From an uncultured Actinomycetes bacterium (GTDB taxonomy: Bacteria > Chloroflexota > Dormibacteria > Aeolococcales > Aeolococcaceae), in the NCBI GenBank assembly GCA_964618935.1, contig CAZUDL010000001.1:66562-130561 (forward strand): a stretch of DNA of 64,000 nucleotides, written 5' to 3'. The position numbers and the translations under genes are program-made. Under the pieces are notes generated by a model. The model did not search any database. It saw only the letters and a list, made by a program, of their open reading frames with translations, and was not told the DNA's origin. The first letter of the stretch is position 1; each line of letters starts with the position of its first letter. Shown in pieces: positions 35,090 to 44,744 of the stretch.

Positions 35090-35710
35090 TCAACTTGAAG
35101 AGGGACGAAACGTTGGCACGTCTCCCTTCCGGTCCGTCGCGCGTGCTCCCGCGGATGCCACGGCTCGCAACTCTACGAGCGCCTCGGCGACGAGCTGGCG
35201 CAGGGGCTTCAACTTGGTATCCGCAATCCAGCGGTCGGACGCCACACGCAAGGCGGTGATGCCCGACTCGGCGGCGAGGATGGCGGCGGGGTCGCCGACC
35301 CCCCTGGCTCGCAGTGCCCGTGCAATCGCTTCGGCCAGGGATGCGAACTTGATCAACTGACGCTCCCACAGCTGCGGGCTGGCGCGCACGATCCGGAAGC
35401 GCCGGGCGGCCTGCTCGCCCTCCTCGTCGAATCCGCCAGCCAGCACAGTGAGCCCGTAACTCACGGCATCGAGTGCACCAGCGGCGGTTGGTGCCGCTCG
35501 GACGGCGGCCACGAACGGCTCGTCGGCTCGCTCTCCACCTCCAAACAGAACCTCACGCTTGTCGGAGAACTGGCGGAAGAAGGTGCGCTTGGTCAGCCCG
35601 GCGCGCTCGGCGATCTCCTCGACGCTGGTGTGGTCAAAGCCCCGCTCGTCGAAGAGCGCGAGGGCCGCCTCCTGGAGTCTGGCTCGGGCGTCCGGCTTCC
35701 ACCTCGGCAT
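35090..35710 (-). CDS. TetR-family transcriptional regulator
   Basis: ALALFDERGFDHTSVEEIAERAGLTKRTFFRQFSDKREVL is the TetR HTH. ATG at 35710. Confidence 0.8.
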   Translation of the reverse strand: MPRWKPDARARLQEAALALFDERGFDHTSVEEIAERAGLTKRTFFRQFSDKREVLFGGGERADEPFVAAVRAAPTAAGALDAVSYGLTVLAGGFDEEGEQAARRFRIVRASPQLWERQLIKFASLAEAIARALRARGVGDPAAILAAESGITALRVASDRWIADTKLKPLRQLVAEALVELRAVASAGARATDRKGDVPTFRPSSS

Positions 35711-35730
35711 GAGCGTCAGTGTACCCGCTC

Positions 35731-35781
35731 TTGACACTTGGTGACATCACCTGGTATTCTGACGCCACTAAGTGTCATCAC
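35731..35781 (+). promoter_or_regulatory. Promoter of the SDR gene carrying a putative TetR operator
   Basis: TTGACA (35731-35736), 17 nt, TATTCT (35755-35760). The spacer holds the near-palindrome GGTGACATCACC (35740-35751). A related half-site AGTGTCATCAC lies at 35771-35781, before the GGGAGGGA RBS. Confidence 0.45.
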
Positions 35782-35802
35782 TGCCCTCGGGAGGGACACC
35801 CC

Positions 35803-36693
35803 ATGCGCATATTCGTGACCGGTGCGTCCGGTTGGATCGGCTCGGCACTGATTCCGGATCTCCTGAGTGCCGGACATGCAGTCGTTGGGCTCGCCCGCTC
35901 TGACGCGTCCGCGGCGAGGTTGGAGGGGGCTGGAACGGAGGTGCTCCGCGGCGACCTCGACGATCTGGACATGCTGCGTGCCGCGGCTGCCGGATCCGAC
36001 GGGGTGATCCACCTCGCATACAACCACGCTTTCACTGATTTCGCCGCCGCGGCTGAGGCCGACGCGCGCGTCATCGAGGCACTCGGCAAAGCGCTGGAGG
36101 GCTCGGACAGGCCCCTGGTCATCGCCTCCGGGACACCTGCCCTGCCCGGGCGTGTGGCAACCGAGCGTGACGAGTTCGATGCCGGGGGACCTGTGGCGGC
36201 GAGGGGCGTCAACGCCAAGGCGGCGATCGCGATGGCAGCGCGCGGCGTCCGCTCGTCCGTCGTGCGGTTGCCCAGGTCAGTGCACGGGGAAGGGGACCTG
36301 CACGGCTTCATTCCTCGGCTGATCGCCGTCGCCCGTGAGAGCGGCGTCTCCGGCTACGTCGGCGACGGGTCCAGCCGCTGGCCCGCCGTGCACGTCCTGG
36401 ACGCCGCGCGGCTGTTTCGCCTGGCCGTGGAGGATGCTCCCGGCGGTTCGGTGCTGCACGCCGTCGGCGACGAGGGCGTGCCGACCCGCGAGATCGCTGC
36501 GTGCATCGGCCGGCATCTGAACGTGCCAACGGCCTCTGTGCCGGCCGGGGAATACGGCTTTCTCGGGGTCGTGCTCACCCGCGACCAGCCGGCATCGAGC
36601 GCCCTGACCCGTGAACTGTTCGGGTGGCGGCCGGTCCAGCCGGGGCTCATCGAGGACCTGAACCAGGGCCATTACTTCGCCGAGCCGGCCTGA
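35803..36693 (+). CDS. NAD(P)-dependent epimerase/dehydratase (atypical SDR / NmrA-like) family protein
   Basis: MRIFVTGASGWIGSALIPDLL is the Rossmann GxxGxxG motif. Divergent from the TetR gene. Confidence 0.75.
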   Translation: MRIFVTGASGWIGSALIPDLLSAGHAVVGLARSDASAARLEGAGTEVLRGDLDDLDMLRAAAAGSDGVIHLAYNHAFTDFAAAAEADARVIEALGKALEGSDRPLVIASGTPALPGRVATERDEFDAGGPVAARGVNAKAAIAMAARGVRSSVVRLPRSVHGEGDLHGFIPRLIAVARESGVSGYVGDGSSRWPAVHVLDAARLFRLAVEDAPGGSVLHAVGDEGVPTREIAACIGRHLNVPTASVPAGEYGFLGVVLTRDQPASSALTRELFGWRPVQPGLIEDLNQGHYFAEPA

Positions 36694-37024
36694 CCGGCGG
36701 CGTGTGGCCGTCACCTGCCCGGTCACGTGTCATTCCCAAGCACCGGGTCATGCGGGGGTTCGGGAGTGTCTCGTGATCGGCACCGCTTCCTCCACGTCAT
36801 GAGTCTCATCCAGGTCAGCGCTGATCTCAGCGAATACGGCCGGCGTGAGGCTTGGACGACTTCGAGCAGGAGCTCGGAGGAAGCCCCGGCTCGGTGTCGG
36901 TTCACACCGTGGCCGGGTCACGCCCGTTCGTTCTTGTTCGGGCTCCTCACCGCCGCGCGGCTGCCCTGGGGTCTCCTCGGGGGAGCCTTCCCGCATCGCC
37001 CGCCCGCCGCCGGAGGATCGGCTG

Positions 37025-37852
37025 TCAGGGGGACGTCACTTTCCTGGCGGTGACCAGCCAATGATGGGGCAGCTCCCGCGCGGCCATGGAGACGGCCGGC
37101 AGCGGCCAGCGGCCGTAATGGGCGTCGGCGGCTCCGCACTGGGTGACGGCGGCCTCCCAGCCGAGGGCAGCCAGGTAGGCCACGGGGTCGTCGATGGTGC
37201 CGATCCAGGGGGCGCCAGCGGCGGCCTGCATCTCGATCCACGGCCTCGTCACGGGATGGGTGAACACCCCCCGGTCCGGGATGTCGAATCCCAGCACGCC
37301 TCCCGCCACCGCCAGCCGCGAGACCCGCCCGAGCAGGGCGGTGATCGCCTCGCCGTCGAGATAGAAGAGGAATCCCTCGGCCAGCCACGCGGTCGCGGCG
37401 CGGGGGTCGAAACCCGCGTCCAGCAGCTGGCCTGGCCAGGTGGCGCCACTGAGATCCGTGCAGAGGCGAACCAGGCGAGCGCAGCTCGCGGACGCGCCGG
37501 CGTCACCGAGCACCTCCTCCTTCTGATGGATCACCTCCGGCTGGTCCACCTCGAAGACCGAGGTGCCGGTCGGCCAGACCAGGCGAAGGGCGCGGGTGTC
37601 CAGGCCGGCGCCGAGCAGGACCACCTGGGTCGCTCCGCCGGCGGTGGTGACGTGAACCAGGAAGTCGTCGAAGAAACGGGTGCGCACGATCATCGGCGCG
37701 AGGCTCTCCGGCGCGCGCTCCTCGGCCCACCGGCGGCCCTGCTCACCGGCGAGGTCGGCTGCCCAGGGGTCCTCGAACAGCGCGTCCTGCCGCCTCGTCT
37801 CGACGGCACGGGCCGCCGCCGTCCAGCGCGCGGTCGCTCCGAGGTTGGTCAT
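37025..37852 (-). CDS. Class I SAM-dependent O-methyltransferase (Mycobacterium-type putative methyltransferase family, TIGR00027-like)
   Basis: ATARWTAAARAVE...DPWAADLAG..., SAM motif VVLLGAGLDTRALRL, FEVDQPEVI. The start is taken at the internal ATG at 37852, not the ORF's upstream extension. Confidence 0.65.
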   Translation of the reverse strand: MTNLGATARWTAAARAVETRRQDALFEDPWAADLAGEQGRRWAEERAPESLAPMIVRTRFFDDFLVHVTTAGGATQVVLLGAGLDTRALRLVWPTGTSVFEVDQPEVIHQKEEVLGDAGASASCARLVRLCTDLSGATWPGQLLDAGFDPRAATAWLAEGFLFYLDGEAITALLGRVSRLAVAGGVLGFDIPDRGVFTHPVTRPWIEMQAAAGAPWIGTIDDPVAYLAALGWEAAVTQCGAADAHYGRWPLPAVSMAARELPHHWLVTARKVTSP

Positions 37853-38306
37853 CCTGGCGCGGGGATGATGCGCCGGGGGCGGGTCGGATCGCCAGCGGCG
37901 CCAGGGCTTGAGCGACACCTCCACCCCGGCGCACCTGCCCCCTCGATCGCCGACGTGATCGATGGGCCCCGCTCCGCCCCCTCTTCCACCGTCCCTCGCG
38001 TGCGCCGCGCGCCGGGCTGTACATCGCAGGGTTCGGACACGGTCGCTCGCCCTTGCAGTCGTCGGACCGAGACGCGTCAGATGACAGCGGCCGGCGCGGA
38101 ACAGGCGAGTGCGCTGTCACTGGCGCAAGCCCTCCGCAGCGACCAGTCACCTCACATGCTGACCCCGGGCGGAGCTGAGCAGGATCCTCGGATGGGGTCG
38201 CCGACCATCTGGCCGTCAAGCCGGGCTGCCCCTCCGAGCGTTTGTTGGGGGTGGTAGGGTCGTTGGGTGGTGAAGATCAGCAGCGGATGCCGACCCGCAC
38301 TGGGGC

Positions 38307-39302
38307 TTGGGTTTGCCTGACGACGCTGCACCCTCCGTAGGGGAGCAGCAGCCGTCCGATGGCACGCCCCCAGCTCTGGTGGTCAGCCACCTGACGAAGC
38401 GTTTCGGCGACCGCAGCGCGTTCGAGGACGTCTCCTTCGAGGTCGCCCGCGGCGAGGTGTTCGGGTTCCTGGGACCCAATGGGGCCGGGAAGACGACGAC
38501 GGTGAGGACGCTGGGGACCCTCATCGCTCCGACCTCGGGGTCTGCGGTGGTCGCGGGAATACCCCTCTCGGCGGCCACCGGTGCCGAGATCCGGCAGCTC
38601 ATCTCCATCATGCCGGAGAACCCCGGCCTCTACCTCCGGCTCACCGTCCAGGAGAATCTGGAGCTCTTCGCCGGCCTCTACGGCCTGCATTCGCCCCGCG
38701 CGCGGATCGACGCCGCCCTCGAAACCGTCAATCTGGCGCCGCGAGCCCGTGACCTGTGCGGGCGGCTCTCAAAGGGCCTTCGGCAGCGGGTGGGCCTGGC
38801 CCGCGCCCTGCTGAGCGATCCGCTGGTCATGTTCCTGGACGAGCCAACGTCAGGGCTGGACCCCGTCGCGTCACGGGACGTTCATGATCTCATCGCCGGC
38901 CTGCGCCAGCGCGGGGTCACCGTCTTCCTCACCACGCACCGTTTGGAGGAGGCGGAGCGGCTCTGCGATCGCGTTGCCATTCTCAACACGCGGCTTCTCG
39001 ACGTCGGGCCGCCGGAGCAGCTCCGGATGCAGCTGTTCCGCAGCTCACTGGTGGTGGAGACGGCCGCGCGGCTGCCCGCCCCGGAGGCCGTCTTCACCCC
39101 GGAGATGGGAGTGGACACGTGGACCCGCGAGGGCGACGCCACCTACGTGCTCAGCGTTGCTGAGCCGAGGATGGCCGCGCCGAGGGTGACTCGCGCGCTG
39201 GTGGCCGCGGGGGCCGACGTTGTGTCGATCGCAGTCTCGCATCACTCGCTGGAGGACGTCTATCTCGAGCTGGTCGAAGCGGACCCGGAGGCAGGGCGAT
39301 GA
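38307..39302 (+). CDS. ABC transporter ATP-binding protein (ABC-2 exporter ATPase)
   Basis: Walker A GPNGAGKTT, signature LSKGLRQRVGLA, Walker B MFLDEPTSGLD. TTG start per the ORF track. An in-frame GTG near 38394 is an alternative. Confidence 0.8.
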   Translation: MGLPDDAAPSVGEQQPSDGTPPALVVSHLTKRFGDRSAFEDVSFEVARGEVFGFLGPNGAGKTTTVRTLGTLIAPTSGSAVVAGIPLSAATGAEIRQLISIMPENPGLYLRLTVQENLELFAGLYGLHSPRARIDAALETVNLAPRARDLCGRLSKGLRQRVGLARALLSDPLVMFLDEPTSGLDPVASRDVHDLIAGLRQRGVTVFLTTHRLEEAERLCDRVAILNTRLLDVGPPEQLRMQLFRSSLVVETAARLPAPEAVFTPEMGVDTWTREGDATYVLSVAEPRMAAPRVTRALVAAGADVVSIAVSHHSLEDVYLELVEADPEAGR

Positions 39303-40093
39303 TCGGGCTCGACGTGGGACGGCTGTTCGCCGTGGCGCGAAAGGAGGCACGTGAGTACCGCCGCACACCGTTCATCATCGGCGCGATGGCGGTGCTTCCG
39401 CTCATCTTCATGATCAACCCGGTGATCACGATCTTCGCGATCGGTGCCACCGTCAAGGCCGCGACGGTCAGCAAGGCGGTGGGCGCCACCTTCCTCGTCC
39501 TCCTGGTGGTGCCGGCGATCATCCCCGCCAGCATCGCCGCCTACTCGGTGGTGGGGGAGCGGGACCAGGGCACCCTGGAGCCGCTCTTGACCACGCCGGT
39601 GCGACGAGGCGAGATCCTCATCGGCAAGGCGCTGGTCGCCGCCGTGCCCGCGGTCGGGATCGCCTACATCCTGTTCGCCGTCGCGGTGATCCTGGCCCAC
39701 TTCTTCGCCGGCAACCCCACGGTGGCCGCGACTCTGACGGAAGGTTCGCACATCCTCGCCCAGGTCCTCTTCGCGCCGCTGCTCGCCGTCTGGTCGATCG
39801 GGGTCGGCACCGCGATCTCGGCGCGATCCAGCGACGTGCGCGTCGCTCAGCAGCTGGGGACGCTGGCCAGCCTGCCGCCCCTGGCGGCGACCGCACTGGT
39901 GTCGTTCCAGATCGTGCCCCTGGGGGTGTGGACGGCGGTGGGGTTCGGCCTCGGGTTGCTGGTCATCGACATCGCCATGTGGCGGGGGGTCGTGGCCACG
40001 TTCGACCGGGAGCGACTCATCACCGGTTCTCGGGCCCAGCGGGCAAGGGGAGTGGGGGCCGACTCGCACGAGGTTCGGCGCATACAGGCGTGA
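39299..40093 (+). CDS. ABC-2 family transporter permease
   Basis: ATG overlaps the ATPase stop. 264 aa with six TM helices. Confidence 0.75.
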   Translation: MIGLDVGRLFAVARKEAREYRRTPFIIGAMAVLPLIFMINPVITIFAIGATVKAATVSKAVGATFLVLLVVPAIIPASIAAYSVVGERDQGTLEPLLTTPVRRGEILIGKALVAAVPAVGIAYILFAVAVILAHFFAGNPTVAATLTEGSHILAQVLFAPLLAVWSIGVGTAISARSSDVRVAQQLGTLASLPPLAATALVSFQIVPLGVWTAVGFGLGLLVIDIAMWRGVVATFDRERLITGSRAQRARGVGADSHEVRRIQA

Positions 40094-40105
40094 GGAGGCT
40101 CGAGA

Positions 40106-40423
40106 ATGGGCGAAGCGATAATCCGTCTCTCACGGGCAGGAAGCGCCAGTCCCCTGCTGGGGATGGAGACCTATAACATCTCCATCGATGGCAGAGTGGT
40201 GGGCGCCATCGCCGCGGGAGAGACCGTCGAGGTGTCGGTCACCCCGGGCCAGCACTCGTTGCTTCTGCGGGGCCGGGGGCGGAACCGAAGCCCGCTCCGT
40301 GCCTTCGAGCTCGCTGAGGACGAGGTCGTGACCTACCGCTGCCACGGTCCGCGGTACGGCCCGCCGCACGTCGTGGCGGCACTCATCAAGCCAGATCTCT
40401 GGATCACGCTCAGGCCAGAGTGA
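40106..40423 (+). CDS. Hypothetical soluble protein (105 aa), co-transcribed with the ABC-2 exporter
   Basis: GAGGAGG RBS 8 nt before the ATG. MGEAIIRLSRAGSASPLLGMETYNISIDGRVVGAIAAGETVEVSVTPGQHSLLLRGRG.... No recognisable motif. Confidence 0.5.
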   Translation: MGEAIIRLSRAGSASPLLGMETYNISIDGRVVGAIAAGETVEVSVTPGQHSLLLRGRGRNRSPLRAFELAEDEVVTYRCHGPRYGPPHVVAALIKPDLWITLRPE

Positions 40424-40739
40424 TTGCGGAGGATTCAGGGGAACTCTGAGGTCGGTACTCCGCCAGTCAGCGGCGTTCGATCGACCGTCGAGCGTCGCGG
40501 GATCGTCAAGTTTGTCATCCCCCAACACCGGGCCAACCCAGTGCTGTCACCCTCTCTCGAGCAGCTCGCCCACATCGGCAAATCGCCCGGTCTCAGTCCG
40601 CCCCCCAACCATTCACGTCAGGGGCGTGGATGTTGACATCGACTCTCCAACGCCACCGTTTCGGCTTCCCTGGTGGGGGTGACGGCGAGCGACGCTGCAG
40701 TGGGGCTGCGCGGTGCCGCGATGGGCAGGCTGGCCGTTC

Positions 40740-41309
40740 TCACCCGCCACGCGGAGATGGGCCGCGACGCCGAGGCGGGCTGGTGCGCGCACGGCTGGTG
40801 CGCCACGCCGACAGCTCGATGATCTGGTCCAGATCCTCGAGATCCCCCGGCCGGCCGAAGCGACCAACAACCTCGCGCACCTCCACGACACGTGCTCGGC
40901 TCTTCCCGACGAGCAGCTCCTCGACGTCGGCCGTGTCCTTCCCGCGGGCCGCCAGCAGCTTCATCAGGACGAGGTAGGGCAGGGTGACGGTCGGCACGCC
41001 ATCCAGGACGTTGGTGCTGGCCATGTCGAGTGCCGGGCTCCCCCAGGAGTCTGGGAGATAGACGAGGTCGACCTGCCCTCCCCCCACAGCCCTCCACGTG
41101 GTCCCCGTCAGGTCAGTCATCACCAGTCCGCCGACCATCTGCCATCGCTCCGCCCGGAGATGCTCCTCGACCGCAATGGCATCCCGCTCCAGAACAGCGA
41201 AGTCGATGTCGGCGGAGTAACGAGGAGCCATGTAGTGATTTGCGGCGAGCGCTCCGATCAGGGCAAAGCGGAATCCGTGCAGGACCTTCGCCTCTCGCAG
41301 CTCGCTCAC
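40740..41309 (-). CDS. Nucleotidyltransferase-fold protein, AbiEii/DUF1814-like (putative toxin)
   Basis: GTG start overlapping the upstream stop in a GTGA arrangement. FALIGALAANHYMAPRYSADIDFAV matches the GGtAL.....pRfSeDlDf nucleotidyltransferase motif. GC3 is visibly lower than in the core genes. Confidence 0.5.
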   Translation of the reverse strand: MSELREAKVLHGFRFALIGALAANHYMAPRYSADIDFAVLERDAIAVEEHLRAERWQMVGGLVMTDLTGTTWRAVGGGQVDLVYLPDSWGSPALDMASTNVLDGVPTVTLPYLVLMKLLAARGKDTADVEELLVGKSRARVVEVREVVGRFGRPGDLEDLDQIIELSAWRTSRARTSPPRRRGPSPRGG

Positions 41310-41638
41310 CGCAGGGCCCGCTCCATCACCAGCCTCTCACGGCCGAGGGCCGCACGCCGAGCCCGGCGCTTCGCCTCCGCGACGTCTTCGGGCTCGAACC
41401 GCATCGGGGCTCCGGGGGGCGTGACCCGCCGCGGTCCGACGGAGACCCAAACGCTGATCGTCCTGCCCAGGGCTGTCGCGTACCTCTCCAGCCACGTCCA
41501 CGATGGCAGGAGCGCTCCGGACTCCGCGCGGGCGACCGCCGTCTGGGTGGTCCCCATCCGGCGGGCGACCTGGGCCTGCGTCAATCCAACCTCTCGGCGA
41601 GCCTGGGACAGAGCCTCTCCCACCAGATCGGGTTCCAC
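41306..41638 (-). CDS. XRE-family helix-turn-helix protein (putative antitoxin/regulator)
   Basis: LSQARREVGLTQAQVARRMGTTQTAVARAESG is a Cro/C1-type HTH. Coupled to the nucleotidyltransferase gene. Confidence 0.7.
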   Translation of the reverse strand: MEPDLVGEALSQARREVGLTQAQVARRMGTTQTAVARAESGALLPSWTWLERYATALGRTISVWVSVGPRRVTPPGAPMRFEPEDVAEAKRRARRAALGRERLVMERALR

Positions 41639-41646
41639 CGGGTGGA

Positions 41647-41681
41647 GTATAGCAGTAGCCGCTATACAACCTCACTCCAGG
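41647..41681 (-). promoter_or_regulatory. Palindromic operator upstream of the XRE gene
   Basis: GGAGTATAGC-agtagcc-GCTATACAACCTCACTCC. Inner TATAGC/GCTATA inverted repeat with 7-nt spacer, plus outer GGAGT/ACTCC arms, lying 9-45 nt upstream of the start codon. Confidence 0.4.
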
Positions 41682-41826
41682 TCAGCGGCTCTACTTCGCG
41701 GCCGCCCGTCCAGCTGAGGTCGCGGACCTGTTCGTCGACGACGACGACCCCGCTCGCCCGGCGCTGCAGAGGAAGGTCTGAGGATCGGGGCCTCGCCGGG
41801 CACAGGGAGGACGGGTCTGTCAGGGC

Positions 41827-42864
41827 TCAGTGAGCCTGGCCGACGCCTGCGTCGCCCGATCCCGCCGGAGGGACCAAGAGTTCATCCTCGGCACCCGAGC
41901 TCGACTGGCCGCTCACGGTCAGGACGACGTTCCCTGTCTTGCGCTTCGTTTCGACGTACCTGGTCGCCTCGACCACCTCCTCCAACGGGTAGCGCCGGTC
42001 GATGACGGCGTGGTACAGACCTGCCTCGATGAGCCCCTTCAGGAAGACGACGTCCCCCTTCGTGAAATGGGGCGGGATGACAAACGACACTCGCCTCTTG
42101 CCGATCCGCGTTGTCCACAGGGCCAGAGCGAGGTTCCGGAACCCGTCGGTGGCGAGGAAGACCCCGCCCCGCTTCAGGGAGCCACGGCAGCGCCGGAAGG
42201 TCAGGTTGCCGACGGCGTCGAGAATGGCGTCGTAGGTCTGGCCGTTCTTCGTGAAGTCCTCGTGCGTGGAGTCGATGACCTCGGCAGCTCCGAGCGACCT
42301 CACGAGCTCGGCCGTCTTCGTGTTGCACACCGCGGTGACCTCGGCTCCGAAGTACCGGCCCAGTTGCACCGTCGCGGTGCCGATGGACCCTGACGCCCCG
42401 TAGACGAGGATCGTCTGCCCCTTCTGGAGATCGGCCGGCCTCAGGGCGTTCAGGGCCAGGATCGCCCCGTCGCAGACCGCCGCCGCCTCCTCGAAGCTCG
42501 TGCCGGGGGGCATGGGCGCCAGGGCGCCGGCCGCGCGTATGCAGACGTATTCCGCGTGCGCACCGAATCTCCACGGATTGATACCGAAGACGCGGTCCCC
42601 GATGGCGAACTCGGTGACGGCGGCTCCGACCGCGTCGACCTCTCCGGCCAGGTCGCTGCCGAGGATCCTGCGCTTGGGCCGCCGCAGGCCGGTGACGGCG
42701 CGCGTGACGAACGGCTCGGCCGCGCGAAGGCCACAGTCGGTCCTGCTGACCGTCGTGGCGTGGATCCTCACCCGGACTTCGTCATCCCCGGGGATGGGAC
42801 GCGCAATCTCTTCCAGGCGCAGGATCTCCGGCGGCCCGTACCTGTCATGGACAACCGCTCTCAC
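41827..42864 (-). CDS. Zinc-type alcohol dehydrogenase-like / NADPH:quinone oxidoreductase (MDR superfamily)
   Basis: VRAVVHDRYGPPEILRLEEI...GDDEVRVRIHATTV...LVYGASGSIGTATVQL. The start is taken at an internal GTG (about 42864). The ORF's upstream extension is probably not translated. Confidence 0.65.
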   Translation of the reverse strand: MRAVVHDRYGPPEILRLEEIARPIPGDDEVRVRIHATTVSRTDCGLRAAEPFVTRAVTGLRRPKRRILGSDLAGEVDAVGAAVTEFAIGDRVFGINPWRFGAHAEYVCIRAAGALAPMPPGTSFEEAAAVCDGAILALNALRPADLQKGQTILVYGASGSIGTATVQLGRYFGAEVTAVCNTKTAELVRSLGAAEVIDSTHEDFTKNGQTYDAILDAVGNLTFRRCRGSLKRGGVFLATDGFRNLALALWTTRIGKRRVSFVIPPHFTKGDVVFLKGLIEAGLYHAVIDRRYPLEEVVEATRYVETKRKTGNVVLTVSGQSSSGAEDELLVPPAGSGDAGVGQAH

Positions 42865-43285
42865 GCCGTCCTCGAGCTCAGTGGTTGGGGACGGGCGGTG
42901 GCGCGGGCTGCAGAGCTGCGGCAGTCCCGACCGCCCTCGAGAGGATGGGGATGCCCTCGACTGCGCGCATGGCTCAGACACTACTCCGGCACTCGCAAGA
43001 CGGCGCCGCCCGCTCCTTCGCGACCGCAGACGACGGGGCCTGGACACGGCAGGTCCGAAGCCCCTCTCGAGCGCGTCAGGCGTCGCTGTCCGAGGCATCG
43101 CGCCGACCGGGTGCTTCCCCGTCGCCGTTCGCCCCGGTCCTGCTGCGCGGTCGCCGACTCCGCCCCGTCGCTGGCGGGTCAGCCCAGCTGGTCACCGGGG
43201 TCGGTCACCCCCATTCGCGAGTCGTCCCTGCGCGGACGTCAAGTAGTGTTCGATGGGCTTGGTACCCGAATGGGAGGTGAACAAC

Positions 43286-43675
43286 ATGGCCCATCCGCAC
43301 GTTGAGCTGCTGCGCCGAACCGACGAGGCGCTGGCAAAGGGGGACCTGGCGACCTACCTCGCCGGCTACGCCGACGACGTCGTCTTCCACATGGGAGGCG
43401 ACCACAAGCTGACCGGCGACTACCGTGGGATGGAGCAGCTGAAGCAGCTGCTCGGCCGCTTCATGGAGGTGGGCGGAGAGGTCTCCATCGTGACCCACGC
43501 ATACCTTGCCGACGATGAGCACGGAGCCGTCCTGCTGCGCGCGACGCTCAAGCGGGACGGCAAGACCTTCTCGAGCGACGAGGCCTTCATCTATCACTTC
43601 CGCGACGAGAAGATCTCCGAGGTCTGGTACCTGCCGGTGGACCAACCGGGCCTCGACGCCTGGTTCGGGAAGTAG
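43286..43675 (+). CDS. SnoaL-like / NTF2-like (ketosteroid-isomerase fold) protein
   Basis: ATG at 43286 after GGGAGGTG. ...GDLATYLAGYADDVVFHMGGDHKLTGDYRGMEQ... is the typical NTF2-like pattern. Confidence 0.6.
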   Translation: MAHPHVELLRRTDEALAKGDLATYLAGYADDVVFHMGGDHKLTGDYRGMEQLKQLLGRFMEVGGEVSIVTHAYLADDEHGAVLLRATLKRDGKTFSSDEAFIYHFRDEKISEVWYLPVDQPGLDAWFGK

Positions 43676-43784
43676 CCGCCGGGCACGGGGGGTCGGCCGG
43701 CCTGCCGGCTTGGACCGATCCTGGCGGCCGGTGCGCGCACAGAAGGCCGTCTCTCGCCGGATCCGAGCGGTCCGCGCGGGGTCC

Positions 43785-44702
43785 CTATTGGACGGCGACG
43801 CCGAGCTTGCCCAGCGTCCCCGCACGGAAGTCGCCGAACGCCGCGGGCACCTCGTCCAGAGGGTACGTCCGGGTGATCGGGACGCGCAGCCGGCCGGCGA
43901 CGATGTCGCTGGCGAGACGGTCGAGAAGTGCGGCGTCCGGATTGGCCATCACCGCAACGGCGGCCGGATGCTGTGCCGGCCCGTCGCCCACGGTCGACGC
44001 CAGCCGGCCTCCCGGGGCGAGCAGCGGTGTGAGCTGGGAGGCGTCGCCGGCCAGGTGGATGACGGCTGACACCCCGCCGGGCGCGAGCGCCCTCACCTGG
44101 GCGGCGAGATCGCCGCCGCGGTCGATGGCGTGCTGTGCCCCGAGGCTGGTGACGAACTCCGACTCGTCGCCGGGCAGCGCCGTGGCCAAGACGGTGGCGC
44201 CGGCTGTGCGGGCGTACTGGATGGCGAGAGCGCCGACACCCCCGGTCGCCCCGGTGATCAGGACGGTGTCGCCCGGGACGGGTGCCGCGGCCGCCAGCGC
44301 CGCGAGCGCGGCGGCTCCGGCCAGACCGGCCGCCCCGGCCGCCCCGGCCGAGGCCGCGTCGAGGCCATCCGGCATCGGAGCCACGCCGATCGTTTCACTG
44401 ACCGTGAGGTACTCGCCGAAGCCCCCGTCTCCCAGATAGGGCTTCGTCACGACACCGAACACGCGGTCCCCGATCTTGAACCGCGAGACCCCTTCGCCGG
44501 TCAGGGTCACCTCGCCGGCGAAGTCCTTGCCCAGCACCACCGGAAAGCGGTGCTCCATGGCTCCCTTCAGCATGCCGGAGCTCACGGCCACGTCGAACCC
44601 GTTGAGGGAGGAGGCGCGCACCCGGACGAGCACCTCGCTCGGAGCCGGGACGGGGATCGGGATGTCGGCCAGGTGGGGCCCGGCCCCGTCGTCGTCGATC
44701 AC
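43785..44702 (-). CDS. NADPH:quinone reductase-like MDR family oxidoreductase
   Basis: PAPSEVLVRVRASSLNGFDV...GDRVFG...VLITGATGGVGALAIQYA. Confidence 0.7.
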   Translation of the reverse strand: MIDDDGAGPHLADIPIPVPAPSEVLVRVRASSLNGFDVAVSSGMLKGAMEHRFPVVLGKDFAGEVTLTGEGVSRFKIGDRVFGVVTKPYLGDGGFGEYLTVSETIGVAPMPDGLDAASAGAAGAAGLAGAAALAALAAAAPVPGDTVLITGATGGVGALAIQYARTAGATVLATALPGDESEFVTSLGAQHAIDRGGDLAAQVRALAPGGVSAVIHLAGDASQLTPLLAPGGRLASTVGDGPAQHPAAVAVMANPDAALLDRLASDIVAGRLRVPITRTYPLDEVPAAFGDFRAGTLGKLGVAVQ

Positions 44703-44744
44703 GATGGCCCGATCGCCCTCTCCCTCTGGTCCGCGTTTGGATGA

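Noticed and set aside
36700-37030. Several 60-110-aa ORFs in the SDR/methyltransferase convergent intergenic region
   Set aside because: Poor GC3 periodicity, no RBS, no motifs. Treated as non-coding.
38058-38257. Possible 57-aa leader peptide (MTAAGAEQASALSLAQALRSDQ...) upstream of the second ABC operon
   Set aside because: Mixed codon bias, no RBS, and it lies inside a long spurious ORF. Insufficient support.
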